Source: Escherichia coli (GTDB lineage: Bacteria > Pseudomonadota > Gammaproteobacteria > Enterobacterales > Enterobacteriaceae). From it: a stretch of DNA of 64,000 nt. Below, one piece after another: positions 30,224 through 43,764 of the stretch (positions within the stretch are counted from its first letter, which is position 1; every line of letters starts with the position of its first letter). The stretch lies in NCBI RefSeq assembly GCF_030013595.1, contig NZ_CP122768.1. One strand, written 5' to 3'. The notes beneath the pieces were generated by a model that saw only the letters and a program-made list of their open reading frames with translations, searched no databases and was not told where the DNA came from. The position numbers were made by a program, and so were the translations under genes.

Positions 30224-30637
30224 ATGAAAAAACTCGCAATTGCAGGCGCGCTCATGTTGCTGGCGGGCTGTGCCGAAGTCGAAAACTATAACAATGTCGT
30301 GAAAACCCCCGCGCCGGACTGGCTGGCGGGCTACTGGCAGACCAAAGGGCCGCAACGTGCGCTGGTCAGTCCGGAAGCGATAGGCAGCCTGATTGTCACT
30401 AAAGAGGGCGATACCCTCGATTGCCGTCAGTGGCAGCGGGTGATTGCCGTGCCGGGTAAATTGACATTGATGTCTGATGATCTCACTAACGTTACCGTAA
30501 AACGTGAGCTGTACGAGGTTGAGCGTGACGGTAACACCATTGAGTACGATGGTATGACGATGGAGCGTGTGGATCGCCCGACGGCAGAGTGTGCCGCCGC
30601 GCTGGATAAAGCGCCGTTACCGACGCCACTGCCGTAA
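30224..30637 (+). CDS. yedD: lipoprotein YedD
   Basis: ORF 30221..30637; lipobox LLAGC; 137 aa. Confidence 0.88.
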   Translation: MKKLAIAGALMLLAGCAEVENYNNVVKTPAPDWLAGYWQTKGPQRALVSPEAIGSLIVTKEGDTLDCRQWQRVIAVPGKLTLMSDDLTNVTVKRELYEVERDGNTIEYDGMTMERVDRPTAECAAALDKAPLPTPLP

Positions 30638-30670
30638 TGAAATCTCCCCGGCTTGCCGCCGGGGATGAAT

Positions 30671-32158
30671 TTAAATCACCTCTTCGATAACCCACACGCT
30701 GACGCTGCCGCCGTTGCAAAAGAAGGTCGCTTCGCCGTTTTCGTCAGTCACTACGCTCTCTTGCCGGTTCCCCAGAAAATCACGCCAGGTTTTATTGCCG
30801 TAATTCTCTCCCAGATGAATGGTTTTTTCGCCATCATCCCCGTTCGACATGACCACCACGCAGCCGGGATATTCGTCAGTGCCACTGCGGCTAAAGGCAA
30901 TGCAGTTCGGATGGTCGAAAAATAACGTCTGTACACCGTGGGCGAAACGCTGACGGGCGAGAATTAACTCATCAAGCTGTTCGATTATTGGCATATCTAT
31001 CGGATAGGTTTGCCCGTCACCACCGACATCTTCGTAATGCGCACCGTAGAGGTCCGGATAGAACACCGAAGGAACGCCATTTTCCCGCAACAAAATTAGA
31101 GCATACGCCAGCGGTTTAAACCACGGTTCGACCGGCGCTTCGAGGGCTTGCAACGGTTGGGTGTCATGATTGGCAACGAGGGTTACGGCGTGGAAAGGAT
31201 CGGCTTCCACTAATGTACCCGTGAAAATCTGCGTCATGTCGTAGTCGCGCCCCATGCGCGATGCTTCATGGAATTTCATCTGCAGCGGCGCATCAAACAG
31301 CATGGTTTTGCCTTCCACCTGATCAATATACGTTTGCAGTTTATCGACTTCATGCGACCAGTATTCAGCCACAATAAATAGCGGCTTTGGTGCAACTTCC
31401 TGTACGTGTTCGATCCACTCTTTATAAAACCACGCCGGAATATGTTTGACCGCATCAAGACGAAAACCGTCGCATTGCGTTTGTTCCATCACCCAGCGCG
31501 CCCAGTATTTAATCTCTTCCGTCACGGCATGATTGCGGAAATCGATATTCTCGCCCATCAGGTAATCGAAATTACCGAGTTCATCATCAACCTGATCGTT
31601 CCAGCCTTCGCCGGTGTAGTCGTTAACAATTTTAAAAATGCCATCTTCATCAGGGTTTTCGATATGGTCGATACCGCTAAAACATTTAAAATCCCAGATA
31701 AACTGCGAGTATTGCCCGGCACGTGCGGGGAAGGTGTAACGCGTCCAGCCTTCGCACTCAATGATTTCTTCGTCAATTTGCGTACGATCGTCAGCATTTA
31801 CACGCTGCACGCGAATAGCTTCTTTTTCATCCGCGCCCATTTTGTGATTGACTACCACGTCCAGCAGCACCGCAATGTCATTACGTTTCAGAGCGTCAAT
31901 GGCGGCCAGCAGTTGTGTTTTATCGCCATATTTAGTAGGGATGCTGCCTTTCTGATCAAACTCGCCTAAATCAAATAAATCATAGGAGTCGTAGCCGACC
32001 GAATACCCGCCCGATGCGCCTTTATAGGCGGGCGGCAACCAGACCATATTGATACCAATATCATTAAAACCGTCGGCGCGCTCGGCCAGTTCAGGCCAGA
32101 GCTTACCGCCTTCCGGGTAATACCAGTGAAAACATTGTAACAGCGTGGGATTACGCAT
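30671..32158 (-). CDS. amyA: cytoplasmic alpha-amylase
   Basis: 495-aa ORF, GH13 motifs. Confidence 0.93.
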   Translation of the reverse strand: MRNPTLLQCFHWYYPEGGKLWPELAERADGFNDIGINMVWLPPAYKGASGGYSVGYDSYDLFDLGEFDQKGSIPTKYGDKTQLLAAIDALKRNDIAVLLDVVVNHKMGADEKEAIRVQRVNADDRTQIDEEIIECEGWTRYTFPARAGQYSQFIWDFKCFSGIDHIENPDEDGIFKIVNDYTGEGWNDQVDDELGNFDYLMGENIDFRNHAVTEEIKYWARWVMEQTQCDGFRLDAVKHIPAWFYKEWIEHVQEVAPKPLFIVAEYWSHEVDKLQTYIDQVEGKTMLFDAPLQMKFHEASRMGRDYDMTQIFTGTLVEADPFHAVTLVANHDTQPLQALEAPVEPWFKPLAYALILLRENGVPSVFYPDLYGAHYEDVGGDGQTYPIDMPIIEQLDELILARQRFAHGVQTLFFDHPNCIAFSRSGTDEYPGCVVVMSNGDDGEKTIHLGENYGNKTWRDFLGNRQESVVTDENGEATFFCNGGSVSVWVIEEVI

Positions 32159-32235
32159 TCTTCGACTCCATTCAAGGGGAACATTAGAAGCGTAGCCGTA
32201 ATCGGATTATTCGCGAGCCATCGGCTCGTTAAGAT

Positions 32236-32601
32236 TCAAAAGAGGTTATCCTGCGGAGCCAGCACAAAGCCGCCCTGATCGCCATAGGCACTTAACACCG
32301 ATTTTTGCATCGATGACTGACCGACCAGTTTCGCCAGTTCATCCATCCGAATCTGTAATAACTGCTTCACCTTGCTTTCGTTATCGAGAATCAGGCGCAG
32401 CATCGGGCGGAGTTGCTCCTGCATCGTGGTGGACGGCTCAACCTCTTCAGTCAGGTGTGCAATCTCCTGCACCGCATTCACATACGCCATTTCGCTGGCG
32501 ATGAGTTCGTCCCACTGTTCTTCCGTTGCCAGGCGTAACATGAGCTGGCTTTTTTCGACGAGTTGTTGCCAGGCGAAATACAAATGCGGTGCGTGGTTCA
32601 T
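32236..32601 (-). CDS. fliT: flagellar chaperone / FlhDC anti-activator FliT
   Basis: 121-aa ORF. Confidence 0.92.
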   Translation of the reverse strand: MNHAPHLYFAWQQLVEKSQLMLRLATEEQWDELIASEMAYVNAVQEIAHLTEEVEPSTTMQEQLRPMLRLILDNESKVKQLLQIRMDELAKLVGQSSMQKSVLSAYGDQGGFVLAPQDNLF

Positions 32602-33011
32602 CAGACTGGGTCCTGAATCAAAGAAGGGGAGAGTAACGACTCTTTCCAGGCATCGGCAATATTGCGCATTAATGCTTCCACTTCTTCGACTGCGGAGACA
32701 TCGTTGCGTAAATTGGCTTGCAGCAAGCGCCTGACCATATAGCTATAAAGAGCAATCAAGTTTTGGGTTAATTCGTCTTTGCTCTCTTCATCAAGACTCA
32801 CCCGCAGCCCGTTCTCAATGATGTTGATCGCTTTTGACAAAGAGACGCCTTTGCCTTGCTGATTGTTGTCCTGCATAAACAGGCGCGCTCTAACCAGTGC
32901 GCTCAGCACTCCATCAAATAGCATGGTGACCAGCTGTTGCTGGCTGGCGCTCATTACGGCGCTTTCGACGCCAATTTGTGCATAGGCCTGGGTGCCTTTT
33001 GCCGCGTACAT
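32601..33011 (-). CDS. fliS: flagellin-specific chaperone FliS
   Basis: 136-aa ORF. Confidence 0.93.
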   Translation of the reverse strand: MYAAKGTQAYAQIGVESAVMSASQQQLVTMLFDGVLSALVRARLFMQDNNQQGKGVSLSKAINIIENGLRVSLDEESKDELTQNLIALYSYMVRRLLQANLRNDVSAVEEVEALMRNIADAWKESLLSPSLIQDPV

Positions 33012-33035
33012 GACCTGTCTCCCGATAAATAATGA

Positions 33036-34442
33036 TTACTTGGAATTACTGTTGTTTTCGAACTGCTGCGTTAAGTAGCTGCTGGTGCTATTTAACGAGG
33101 TCATTAAAACGTCCAGTTGGGTAAATTGTTCTTTGTAGCGAGCGACCTGCGCATCAATGCGATCGCTGGCGGCGTTGTAGTCTTTAGTTAACTTATTCAG
33201 GGTCTTACTAACGCCATCGGTAGCGGCTTTAATAATGCCCGTTGTCGAAAGCCAACTGGTCAGGTTGCTGCCGATGGTGGTCGTGATGCCGGTTTTTTTA
33301 CCATCGCCAACAATCAATGCACCTACGCCGCTGGCATCTTTTTTCAATGCAGCGGTGAGTTTGTCGGCATCCAGCTCCAGTTTGCCATCGCTGGGATCGG
33401 TCGTGATACCAATCTGCGCCAACGTTTTATAGTTGGAAGAACTAACGGTATTACTCAGCATCGACTTCAACTGCGTCTGAATCGTCCGCAACGTGGAGTC
33501 GCCGAGCAGTGCGCCATTGCTAGAACTCTGGCTATCAGCTCCCGCATCTACGGCGGTGTATTTGGTCAGGCTGCTGAAGGTATCTATTAGCGAGTTATAG
33601 GCATTCACCCAGTCTTTAATCGCCGTTTGCGCTTTGGAGGTGTCCTGAGTGATGGTCAGCGTCTGGTTGCCCGTGGTGACATCGTTCAGGTTCAGGGTGA
33701 TGTTTTCCAGCGCGTCGCTGATGGTGTTGCTGCTGTTCTCGATGGCGACGTTGTTGACCGTCAGCTGCGCATTCTGGGCGGCGACCGAGACCTCCATGCC
33801 GTTGCTGCTGGCACTGGCGTCATAGCCTATAAAACTTTGTAGCGCATCATCACCGCTAACCGAGAGCGTCATCGCATTGTCAAGGCCGGTGTCATTTGAT
33901 GTGACTGACAGACGATATTCACCGTTACCCACGTTAATGATGCTCGCGCTAACACCCGATTTTGCGTTGTTGATGGCATCACGGATCCCGCTTAACGACG
34001 AGTTAGCCGCGCTGATATCAATGGTAATCGGATCTTTGTCGCCGCCTTGTTGAATGGTGAGTTTGCTGTCGCTGGTGGCGATCGCCGTTTTCGTATCGTC
34101 TCTGGTGGTACGCGTGGTCAGGGTTTGCGCCTGCGCCAGATGGGTGACGCTGATGGTGTATTTCCCGGCGATGGCGTTACCTGCGGTGGTGGCACTGAAC
34201 GCGGTGGTGCTGCTGGTGGTGCTGGTGGCGGAAAAAAGATCGGCTTTAGACAATGCAGTATTGGCGGTCTGGAAAGTCGTCAGCGCGCTTTTCAGCGTAC
34301 CGTAGGCGCTAAGTTTAGCGGTAAACGACGATTGCTGATTTGAAATAGGGGTTAGCGTCGCTTTTTGCGCGGCGGTGAGGCTATCAAGGATTGAACTTAA
34401 ATCCAGGCCTGACCCGACTCCCAGCGATGAAATACTTGCCAT
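33036..34442 (-). CDS. fliD: flagellar filament cap protein FliD
   Basis: 468-aa ORF. Confidence 0.93.
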   Translation of the reverse strand: MASISSLGVGSGLDLSSILDSLTAAQKATLTPISNQQSSFTAKLSAYGTLKSALTTFQTANTALSKADLFSATSTTSSTTAFSATTAGNAIAGKYTISVTHLAQAQTLTTRTTRDDTKTAIATSDSKLTIQQGGDKDPITIDISAANSSLSGIRDAINNAKSGVSASIINVGNGEYRLSVTSNDTGLDNAMTLSVSGDDALQSFIGYDASASSNGMEVSVAAQNAQLTVNNVAIENSSNTISDALENITLNLNDVTTGNQTLTITQDTSKAQTAIKDWVNAYNSLIDTFSSLTKYTAVDAGADSQSSSNGALLGDSTLRTIQTQLKSMLSNTVSSSNYKTLAQIGITTDPSDGKLELDADKLTAALKKDASGVGALIVGDGKKTGITTTIGSNLTSWLSTTGIIKAATDGVSKTLNKLTKDYNAASDRIDAQVARYKEQFTQLDVLMTSLNSTSSYLTQQFENNSNSK

Positions 34443-34485
34443 GCGATTTCCTTTTATCTTTCGACACGTAAAACGAATACCGGGG

Positions 34486-34512
34486 TTATCGGCCTGAATT
34501 GCGCAAAGTTTA
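34486..34512 (-). promoter_or_regulatory. sigma28 (FliA) class III promoter of fliDST
   Basis: Minus-strand TAAACTTT-N11-GCCGATAA matches sigma28 consensus. Confidence 0.7.
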
Positions 34513-34604
34513 CGTTTAATTGTTTTTTTTAATAGCGGGAATAAGGGGCAGAGAAAAGAGTATTTCGGCGACTAACAAAAAATGGCTGTTTGTGAAAAAA
34601 ATTC

Positions 34605-34631
34605 TAAAGGTTGTTTTACGACAGACGATAA
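34605..34631 (+). promoter_or_regulatory. sigma28 (FliA) class III promoter of fliC
   Basis: TAAAGGTT-N11-GACGATAA about 75 bp upstream of fliC start. Confidence 0.7.
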
Positions 34632-34707
34632 CAGGGTTGACGGCGATTGAGCCGACGGGTGGAAACCCAATACGTAATCAACGACTTGCAATATAGGATA
34701 ACGAATC

Positions 34708-36360
34708 ATGGCACAAGTCATTAATACCAACAGCCTCTCGCTGATCACTCAAAATAATATCAACAAGAACCAGTCTGCGCTGTCGAGTTCTATCGAGCGT
34801 CTGTCTTCTGGCTTGCGTATTAACAGCGCGAAGGATGACGCCGCAGGTCAGGCGATTGCTAACCGTTTTACTTCTAATATTAAAGGCCTGACTCAGGCTG
34901 CACGTAACGCCAACGACGGTATTTCTGTTGCACAGACCACCGAAGGCGCGCTGTCCGAAATCAACAACAACTTACAGCGTATTCGTGAACTGACGGTTCA
35001 GGCTTCTACCGGGACTAACTCTGATTCGGATCTGGACTCCATTCAGGACGAAATCAAATCCCGTCTGGACGAAATTGACCGCGTATCCGGTCAAACCCAG
35101 TTCAACGGTGTGAACGTACTGGCGAAAGACGGTTCGATGAAAATTCAGGTTGGTGCGAACGATGGCCAGACTATCACTATCGACCTGAAAAAAATTGACT
35201 CTGATACGCTGGGGCTGAGTGGGTTTAATGTGAATGGTGGCGGTTCTGTCGCTAACACTGCTGCATCTAAAGCTGACTTGGTAGCTGCTAATGCAACTGT
35301 GGTCGGCAACAAATATACTGTGAGTGCGGGTTACGATGCTGCTAAAGCGTCTGATTTGCTGGCTGGAGTTAGTGATGGTGATACTGTTCAGGCAACCATT
35401 AATAACGGCTTCGGAACGGCGGCTAGTGCAACGAATTACAAGTATGATAGTGCAAGTAAGTCTTACTCTTTTGATACCACAACGGCTTCAGCTGCCGATG
35501 TTCAGAAATATTTGACCCCAGGTGTTGGTGATACCGCTAAGGGCACTATTACTATCGATGGTTCTGCACAGGATGTTCAGATCAGTAGTGATGGTAAAAT
35601 TACGGCAAGCAATGGAGATAAACTCTACATTGATACAACTGGGCGCTTAACGAAAAACGGCTCTGGTGCATCTTTGACTGAGGCTAGTCTGTCCACACTT
35701 GCAGCCAATGATACCAAAGCGACAACCATTGACATCGGCGGTACCTCTATCTCCTTTACCGGTAATAGTACTACGCCGGACACTATTACTTATTCAGTAA
35801 CAGGTGCAAAAGTTGATCAGGCAGCTTTCGATAAAGCTGTATCAACCTCTGGAAACAATGTTGATTTCACTACCGCAGGTTATAGCGTAAACGGCACAAC
35901 TGGCGCTGTAACAAAAGGTGGTAATTCGGTTTATGTTGATAACAACGGGGCGTTGACCACATCTGATACTGTAGATTTTTACCTACAGGATGATGGTTCA
36001 GTGACTAACGGCAGCGGTAAGGCAGTTTATAAAGATGCTGACGGTAAATTGACGACAGATGCTGAAACAAAAGCAGCTACGACAGCCGATCCCCTGAAAG
36101 CTCTGGACGAAGCCATCAGCTCCATCGACAAATTCCGCTCCTCCCTCGGTGCCGTTCAAAACCGTCTGGATTCTGCGGTGACCAACCTGAACAACACCAC
36201 TACCAACCTGTCTGAAGCGCAGTCCCGTATTCAGGACGCCGACTATGCGACCGAAGTGTCCAATATGTCGAAAGCGCAGATCATTCAGCAGGCCGGTAAC
36301 TCCGTGCTGGCAAAAGCTAACCAGGTACCGCAGCAGGTTCTGTCTCTGCTGCAGGGTTAA
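34708..36360 (+). CDS. fliC: flagellin (H antigen), 550 aa
   Basis: Conserved N-terminus ([12 protein letters not shown]) and C-terminus ([12 protein letters not shown]) flanking a T/S/G/A-rich variable centre. Confidence 0.95.
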   Translation: MAQVINTNSLSLITQNNINKNQSALSSSIERLSSGLRINSAKDDAAGQAIANRFTSNIKGLTQAARNANDGISVAQTTEGALSEINNNLQRIRELTVQASTGTNSDSDLDSIQDEIKSRLDEIDRVSGQTQFNGVNVLAKDGSMKIQVGANDGQTITIDLKKIDSDTLGLSGFNVNGGGSVANTAASKADLVAANATVVGNKYTVSAGYDAAKASDLLAGVSDGDTVQATINNGFGTAASATNYKYDSASKSYSFDTTTASAADVQKYLTPGVGDTAKGTITIDGSAQDVQISSDGKITASNGDKLYIDTTGRLTKNGSGASLTEASLSTLAANDTKATTIDIGGTSISFTGNSTTPDTITYSVTGAKVDQAAFDKAVSTSGNNVDFTTAGYSVNGTTGAVTKGGNSVYVDNNGALTTSDTVDFYLQDDGSVTNGSGKAVYKDADGKLTTDAETKAATTADPLKALDEAISSIDKFRSSLGAVQNRLDSAVTNLNNTTTNLSEAQSRIQDADYATEVSNMSKAQIIQQAGNSVLAKANQVPQQVLSLLQG

Positions 36361-36402
36361 TCGTCGTACCTGATTAACTGAGACTGACGGCAACGCCAAA
36401 TT

Positions 36403-36502
<100 letters not shown>

Positions 36503-36533
36503 ACTTGAATGGTAATTTGTCAGCAACGTGCTT

Positions 36534-36557
36534 CCCCGCCACCGGCGGGGTTTTTTC
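36534..36557 (+). terminator. rho-independent terminator
   Basis: ccccgccaccggcgggg hairpin followed by tttttt. Confidence 0.7.
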
Positions 36558-36678
36558 TGTCCGCAATTTACCGGTAACCCCCAAATAACCCCTCATTTCA
36601 CCCACTAATCGTCCGATTAAAAACCCTGCAGAAACGGATAATCATGCCGATAACTCATATAACGCAGGGCTGTTTATC

Positions 36679-37398
36679 GTGAATTCACTCTATACCGCTG
36701 AAGGTGTAATGGATAAACACTCGCTGTGGCAGCGTTATGTCCCGCTGGTGCGTCACGAAGCATTGCGCCTGCAGGTTCGACTGCCCGCGAGCGTGGAACT
36801 AGACGATCTGCTACAGGCGGGCGGCATTGGGTTACTTAATGCCGTCGAACGCTATGACGCCCTACAAGGAACGGCATTTACAACTTACGCAGTGCAGCGT
36901 ATCCGTGGCGCTATGCTGGATGAACTTCGCAGCCGTGACTGGGTGCCGCGCAGCGTGCGACGCAACGCGCGTGAAGTGGCACAGGCAATAGGGCAACTGG
37001 AGCAGGAACTTGGCCGCAACGCCACGGAAACTGAGGTAGCGGAACGTTTAGGGATCGATATTGCCGATTATCGCCAAATGTTGCTCGACACCAATAACAG
37101 CCAGCTCTTCTCCTACGATGAGTGGCGCGAAGAGCACGGCGATAGCATCGAACTGGTTACTGATGATCATCAGCGAGAAAACCCGCTACAACAACTGCTG
37201 GACAGTAATCTGCGCCAGCGGGTGATGGAAGCCATCGAAACGTTGCCGGAGCGCGAAAAACTGGTATTAACCCTCTATTACCAGGAAGAGCTGAATCTCA
37301 AAGAGATTGGCGCGGTGCTGGAGGTCGGGGAGTCGCGGGTCAGTCAGTTACACAGCCAGGCCATTAAACGGTTACGCACTAAACTGGGTAAGTTATAA
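36679..37398 (+). CDS. fliA: flagellar sigma factor sigma28
   Basis: 239-aa ORF from GTG; sigma70 regions 2 and 4. Confidence 0.95.
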   Translation: MNSLYTAEGVMDKHSLWQRYVPLVRHEALRLQVRLPASVELDDLLQAGGIGLLNAVERYDALQGTAFTTYAVQRIRGAMLDELRSRDWVPRSVRRNAREVAQAIGQLEQELGRNATETEVAERLGIDIADYRQMLLDTNNSQLFSYDEWREEHGDSIELVTDDHQRENPLQQLLDSNLRQRVMEAIETLPEREKLVLTLYYQEELNLKEIGAVLEVGESRVSQLHSQAIKRLRTKLGKL

Positions 37399-37443
37399 CG
37401 TCAGTAAATGCCGCACTTTAACTTTGACTACCAGGAGTTCTTA

Positions 37444-37995
37444 ATGATGGTGCAGCACCTGAAAAGACGGCCATTAAGCCGCTATCTTAAAGACTTTAAA
37501 CACAGCCAGACCCATTGCGCGCATTGCCGTAAATTACTCGATCGTATTACCCTCGTTCGCGATGGCAAAATAGTGAATAAAATCGAGATTTCCCGCCTGG
37601 ACATGCTTCTTGATGAAAATAGCTGGCAAGTGGAACAAAAATCATGGGCGGCATTGTGCCGATTTTGCGGTGATTTACATTGTAAAACGCAGAGTGATTT
37701 TTTCGATATTATCGGCTTTAAGCAATTTCTTTTTGAGCAAACTGAAATGAGCCCTGGTACGGTGCGTGAATATGTCGTTCGTCTGCGCCGTTTGGGGAAT
37801 CATCTTCACGAGCAAAATATTACCCTCGATCAGCTGCAGGACGGTTTCCTTGATGAAATCCTCGCCCCGTGGCTGCCCACCACCAGCACCAACAATTACC
37901 GCATCGCGTTACGGAAGTATCAACACTATCAGCGTCAAACGTGTACCGGACTTGTGCAGAAATCCTCCAGCCTGCCTGCTTCTGATATATATTAA
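37444..37995 (+). CDS. fliZ: regulator FliZ
   Basis: ORF 37408..37995; start at MMVQHLKRRP; 183 aa. Confidence 0.9.
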   Translation: MMVQHLKRRPLSRYLKDFKHSQTHCAHCRKLLDRITLVRDGKIVNKIEISRLDMLLDENSWQVEQKSWAALCRFCGDLHCKTQSDFFDIIGFKQFLFEQTEMSPGTVREYVVRLRRLGNHLHEQNITLDQLQDGFLDEILAPWLPTTSTNNYRIALRKYQHYQRQTCTGLVQKSSSLPASDIY

Positions 37996-38082
37996 ATAAG
38001 AATAAGATGTAGCGGAGTTGTTTTTGTGTTTACAAACAATGGCTCTACACTGCAAACAGACATAACAACATTCGGGGTGAAT

Positions 38083-39974
<1,892 letters not shown>

Positions 39975-39988
39975 CTCCGGAAACGCTC

Positions 39989-40657
39989 ATGCAAGAAAGT
40001 ATACAACTGGTTATTGATTCCTTGCCGTTCCTGCTGAAAGGGGCTGGGTATACGCTGCAACTCAGTATCGGCGGCATGTTTTTTGGCTTACTGCTAGGGT
40101 TTATTCTCGCGCTGATGCGCCTTTCACCAATCTGGCCCGTGCGCTGGCTGGCGCGTTTTTATATCTCTATTTTTCGTGGTACGCCACTCATCGCACAACT
40201 GTTTATGATCTATTACGGCTTGCCGCAGTTTGGCATCGAACTAGATCCCATTCCGTCAGCAATGATTGGTCTGTCGCTAAACACTGCCGCCTATGCTGCC
40301 GAAACGCTGCGTGCCGCCATTTCTTCTATTGATAAAGGTCAGTGGGAAGCTGCTGCCAGTATTGGTATGACGCCGTGGCAGACCATGCGTCGCGCGATTT
40401 TGCCACAGGCGGCGCGGGTGGCGTTGCCGCCGCTGTCGAACAGCTTTATCAGCCTGGTAAAAGATACGTCGCTGGCCGCGACAATCCAGGTGCCGGAGCT
40501 GTTCCGTCAGGCGCAGTTGATTACCTCGCGCACGCTGGAAGTGTTCACCATGTACCTGGCGGCTTCGCTCATCTACTGGATCATGGCGACAGTATTATCG
40601 ACGTTGCAGAACCATTTTGAGAATCAACTTAATCGCCAGGAGAGAGAACCAAAATGA
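39989..40657 (+). CDS. tcyL: cystine ABC transporter permease
   Basis: 222-aa membrane ORF. Confidence 0.92.
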   Translation: MQESIQLVIDSLPFLLKGAGYTLQLSIGGMFFGLLLGFILALMRLSPIWPVRWLARFYISIFRGTPLIAQLFMIYYGLPQFGIELDPIPSAMIGLSLNTAAYAAETLRAAISSIDKGQWEAAASIGMTPWQTMRRAILPQAARVALPPLSNSFISLVKDTSLAATIQVPELFRQAQLITSRTLEVFTMYLAASLIYWIMATVLSTLQNHFENQLNRQEREPK

Positions 40658-41406
40658 GTGCCATTGAAGTCAAGAACCTGGTGAAAAAATTCCACGGTCA
40701 GACGGTGCTGCACGGTATCGACCTTGAGGTGAAGCCTGGCGAAGTAGTGGCAATTATCGGTCCAAGTGGTTCCGGCAAAACCACGTTGCTACGCAGCATA
40801 AATCTGCTGGAACAACCGGAAGCGGGAACCATCACCGTTGGCGATATCACCATTGATACTGCACGTTCATTAAGTCAGCAAAAATCGCTGATTCGCCAGT
40901 TGCGTCAGCACGTCGGGTTTGTCTTCCAGAACTTTAATTTGTTTCCGCATCGTACGGTGCTGGAAAACATTATTGAAGGGCCGGTGATCGTCAAAGGTGA
41001 ACCGAAAGAAGAGGCCACGGCGCGCGCTCGCGAGCTGTTGGCGAAAGTTGGGCTGGCAGGTAAAGAAACCAGCTATCCACGTCGTTTGTCTGGCGGTCAA
41101 CAGCAGCGTGTCGCGATTGCGCGAGCGCTGGCAATGCGTCCTGAAGTGATTTTGTTTGACGAGCCAACGTCGGCGCTGGATCCAGAGCTGGTGGGCGAAG
41201 TCCTGAACACCATCCGCCAGCTGGCGCAGGAAAAGCGCACCATGGTGATTGTGACGCACGAAATGAGCTTTGCCCGGGATGTTGCGGACCGGGCGATCTT
41301 TATGGACCAGGGGCGGATAGTCGAGCAGGGGGCCGCAAAAGCGTTATTTGCCGATCCCGAGCAGCCTCGCACCCGCCAGTTCCTCGAGAAGTTTCTGCTG
41401 CAATAA
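40654..41406 (+). CDS. tcyN: cystine ABC transporter ATP-binding protein
   Basis: 250-aa ORF; Walker A GPSGSGKT; signature LSGGQQQR. Confidence 0.93.
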   Translation: MSAIEVKNLVKKFHGQTVLHGIDLEVKPGEVVAIIGPSGSGKTTLLRSINLLEQPEAGTITVGDITIDTARSLSQQKSLIRQLRQHVGFVFQNFNLFPHRTVLENIIEGPVIVKGEPKEEATARARELLAKVGLAGKETSYPRRLSGGQQQRVAIARALAMRPEVILFDEPTSALDPELVGEVLNTIRQLAQEKRTMVIVTHEMSFARDVADRAIFMDQGRIVEQGAAKALFADPEQPRTRQFLEKFLLQ

Positions 41407-41635
41407 TAAGAAAAAATCAGCCCCGACGATTCACCTGTCGGGGCGGGACGCCATTTCAAGCGTAATAAAAGTGCTTAACAAATCAGCATAACTCATTAAT
41501 AACATAAGAGAATACGATAGCTTGCAAAAGTAATTCATTGCCTGAATAATATAAATTATATATAAATCTTATTTATGTGATAGTTTGAATTATCATTATA
41601 AATGATACTCACTCTCAGGGGCGTTGCGGTTTACT

Positions 41636-42358
41636 ATGCAGGATACGGATTTTTTCAGCTGGCGTCGCACGATGCTGTTGCGTTTTCAGAGGATGGAGGC
41701 CGCAGAAGAGGTCTACCATGAAATAGAGCTTCAGGCTCAGCAGCTGGAGTACGATTACTATTCGTTATGTGTTCGCCACCCGGTACCATTCACGCGACCT
41801 AAAGTGGCTTTCTACACCAATTACCCTGAGGCGTGGGTTAGTTATTATCAGGCAAAAAATTTTCTCGCAATTGATCCGGTGCTGAACCCTGAAAACTTTA
41901 GTCAGGGCCATTTAATGTGGAATGATGACTTATTCAGCGAAGCACAGCCGTTATGGGAAGCTGCGCGCGCACATGGTTTACGCCGCGGTGTCACTCAGTA
42001 TTTAATGCTGCCAAATCGGGCGCTGGGCTTTTTGTCCTTTTCCCGTTGCAGCACGCGCGAAATACCCATTCTTAGTGATGAACTGCAATTAAAAATGCAG
42101 TTACTGGTGCGCGAAAGTCTGATGGCTCTGATGCGTTTAAATGATGAAATAGTGATGACGCCAGAGATGAATTTCAGCAAGCGCGAAAAAGAAATTCTGA
42201 AATGGACGGCGGAAGGGAAGACATCAGCAGAGATAGCGATGATTTTGTCAATCTCTGAGAATACGGTCAATTTCCATCAGAAAAACATGCAGAAAAAAAT
42301 CAATGCACCAAATAAGACCCAGGTGGCCTGTTACGCGGCCGCTACTGGCTTAATTTGA
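41636..42358 (+). CDS. sdiA: LuxR-type AHL-responsive regulator
   Basis: ORF 41624..42358; start at MQDTDFFSWRR; 240 aa. Confidence 0.93.
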   Translation: MQDTDFFSWRRTMLLRFQRMEAAEEVYHEIELQAQQLEYDYYSLCVRHPVPFTRPKVAFYTNYPEAWVSYYQAKNFLAIDPVLNPENFSQGHLMWNDDLFSEAQPLWEAARAHGLRRGVTQYLMLPNRALGFLSFSRCSTREIPILSDELQLKMQLLVRESLMALMRLNDEIVMTPEMNFSKREKEILKWTAEGKTSAEIAMILSISENTVNFHQKNMQKKINAPNKTQVACYAAATGLI

Positions 42359-42385
42359 GCGCTTTTCTTTCTGCGTGCCAGATGC

Positions 42386-42421
42386 AAAAACCGGCTGAAA
42401 GGCACGCTCTCAGCCGGTTTT
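42386..42421. terminator. bidirectional rho-independent terminator between sdiA and yecF
   Basis: aaaaaccggctgaaaggcacgctctcagccggtttt: hairpin flanked by A- and T-runs. Confidence 0.75.
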
Positions 42422-42424
42422 ATA

Positions 42425-42649
42425 TTACTGACGGTAGGCTTGTTTAATTTGCTTAACCGTTTTGGAAAATACTGCAGCCTGGGTTTCGTCTTCGATCAGC
42501 GCAAGCTGTTTTTCCATCTTTAACATCACGCGGCCCGCGTCAGCTTGTCCCATCGCCTGCAGCATCAGCGTCAGCATCGCTTTCAGGCAGGAGACTTCAT
42601 TTGCCAGTTCTTGATTATTCTCGGCAGTAGAAAAATCAGGCGTACTCAT
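42425..42649 (-). CDS. yecF: DUF2594 small protein
   Basis: 74-aa ORF, conserved position. Confidence 0.85.
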
Positions 42650-43107
42650 TTATTTTCCTCGTCATGTTGCAATGAAAATTTGCGGTGAAAAATGTTAAGG
42701 CGGCGGAGTATACCATAAGCTTCGCTAAAAATAGCAGTGGTTGTTTTTTGAGCGTGATATCGGCAGTGCTATAAAATACGTTAATATAATGACCAATAAA
42801 TATTTTTATCATGAATGTTTTTTGCCCGTATTGTTCGGGTTAATTAATGTTACATATTCAGCGGGCTGATTTTCATTTTTGCTGAATAAAGTCAATTTTT
42901 GTCACATTTCATCGCAGGGCTTACAGTGAAACGATCCCGGAAGCCGTTGGTGACGGGCGTGACCATAACTGTGGACAATCGAATTTACAAAAACGAGAGA
43001 AAAATCGAATACCCACCATTTTTAACGTTTCAAAGTTGCAATAAAAACCGCTAATATACGAATGACTAACTATCAGTAGCGTTATCCCTATTTCTGGAGA
43101 TATTCCT

Positions 43108-43764
43108 TTGATCAACGTTCTACTTGTTGATGACCACGAACTGGTGCGCGCAGGGATACGACGCATTCTGGAAGATATAAAGGGTATAAAAGTCGTCGGT
43201 GAGGCATCGTGCGGTGAAGACGCCGTTAAGTGGTGCCGGGCAAATGCCGTTGACGTGGTGCTAATGGACATGAGTATGCCGGGCATTGGCGGTCTTGAGG
43301 CGACGCGTAAAATCGCGCGTTCCACAGCTGATGTCAAAATCATCATGCTTACCGTCCATACAGAAAACCCTTTACCAGCGAAAGTCATGCAGGCCGGTGC
43401 TGCGGGCTACCTCAGCAAAGGCGCGGCTCCGCAGGAAGTCGTGAGTGCGATCCGTTCTGTCTATTCAGGGCAGCGTTACATTGCTTCTGACATCGCTCAA
43501 CAAATGGCGTTAAGCCAGATCGAACCAGAAAAAACAGAAAGCCCATTTGCCAGTTTGTCTGAACGTGAATTGCAGATTATGCTGATGATCACCAAGGGCC
43601 AGAAGGTCAATGAGATCTCAGAACAGCTCAATCTCAGTCCGAAAACGGTGAACAGCTACCGCTATCGTATGTTCAGTAAACTAAACATTCATGGCGATGT
43701 TGAGCTGACTCACCTGGCAATTCGCCATGGTCTGTGTAATGCGGAGACATTATCAAGTCAGTGA
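43108..43764 (+). CDS. uvrY: response regulator UvrY (BarA partner)
   Basis: 218-aa ORF from TTG; receiver plus LuxR HTH. Confidence 0.93.
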
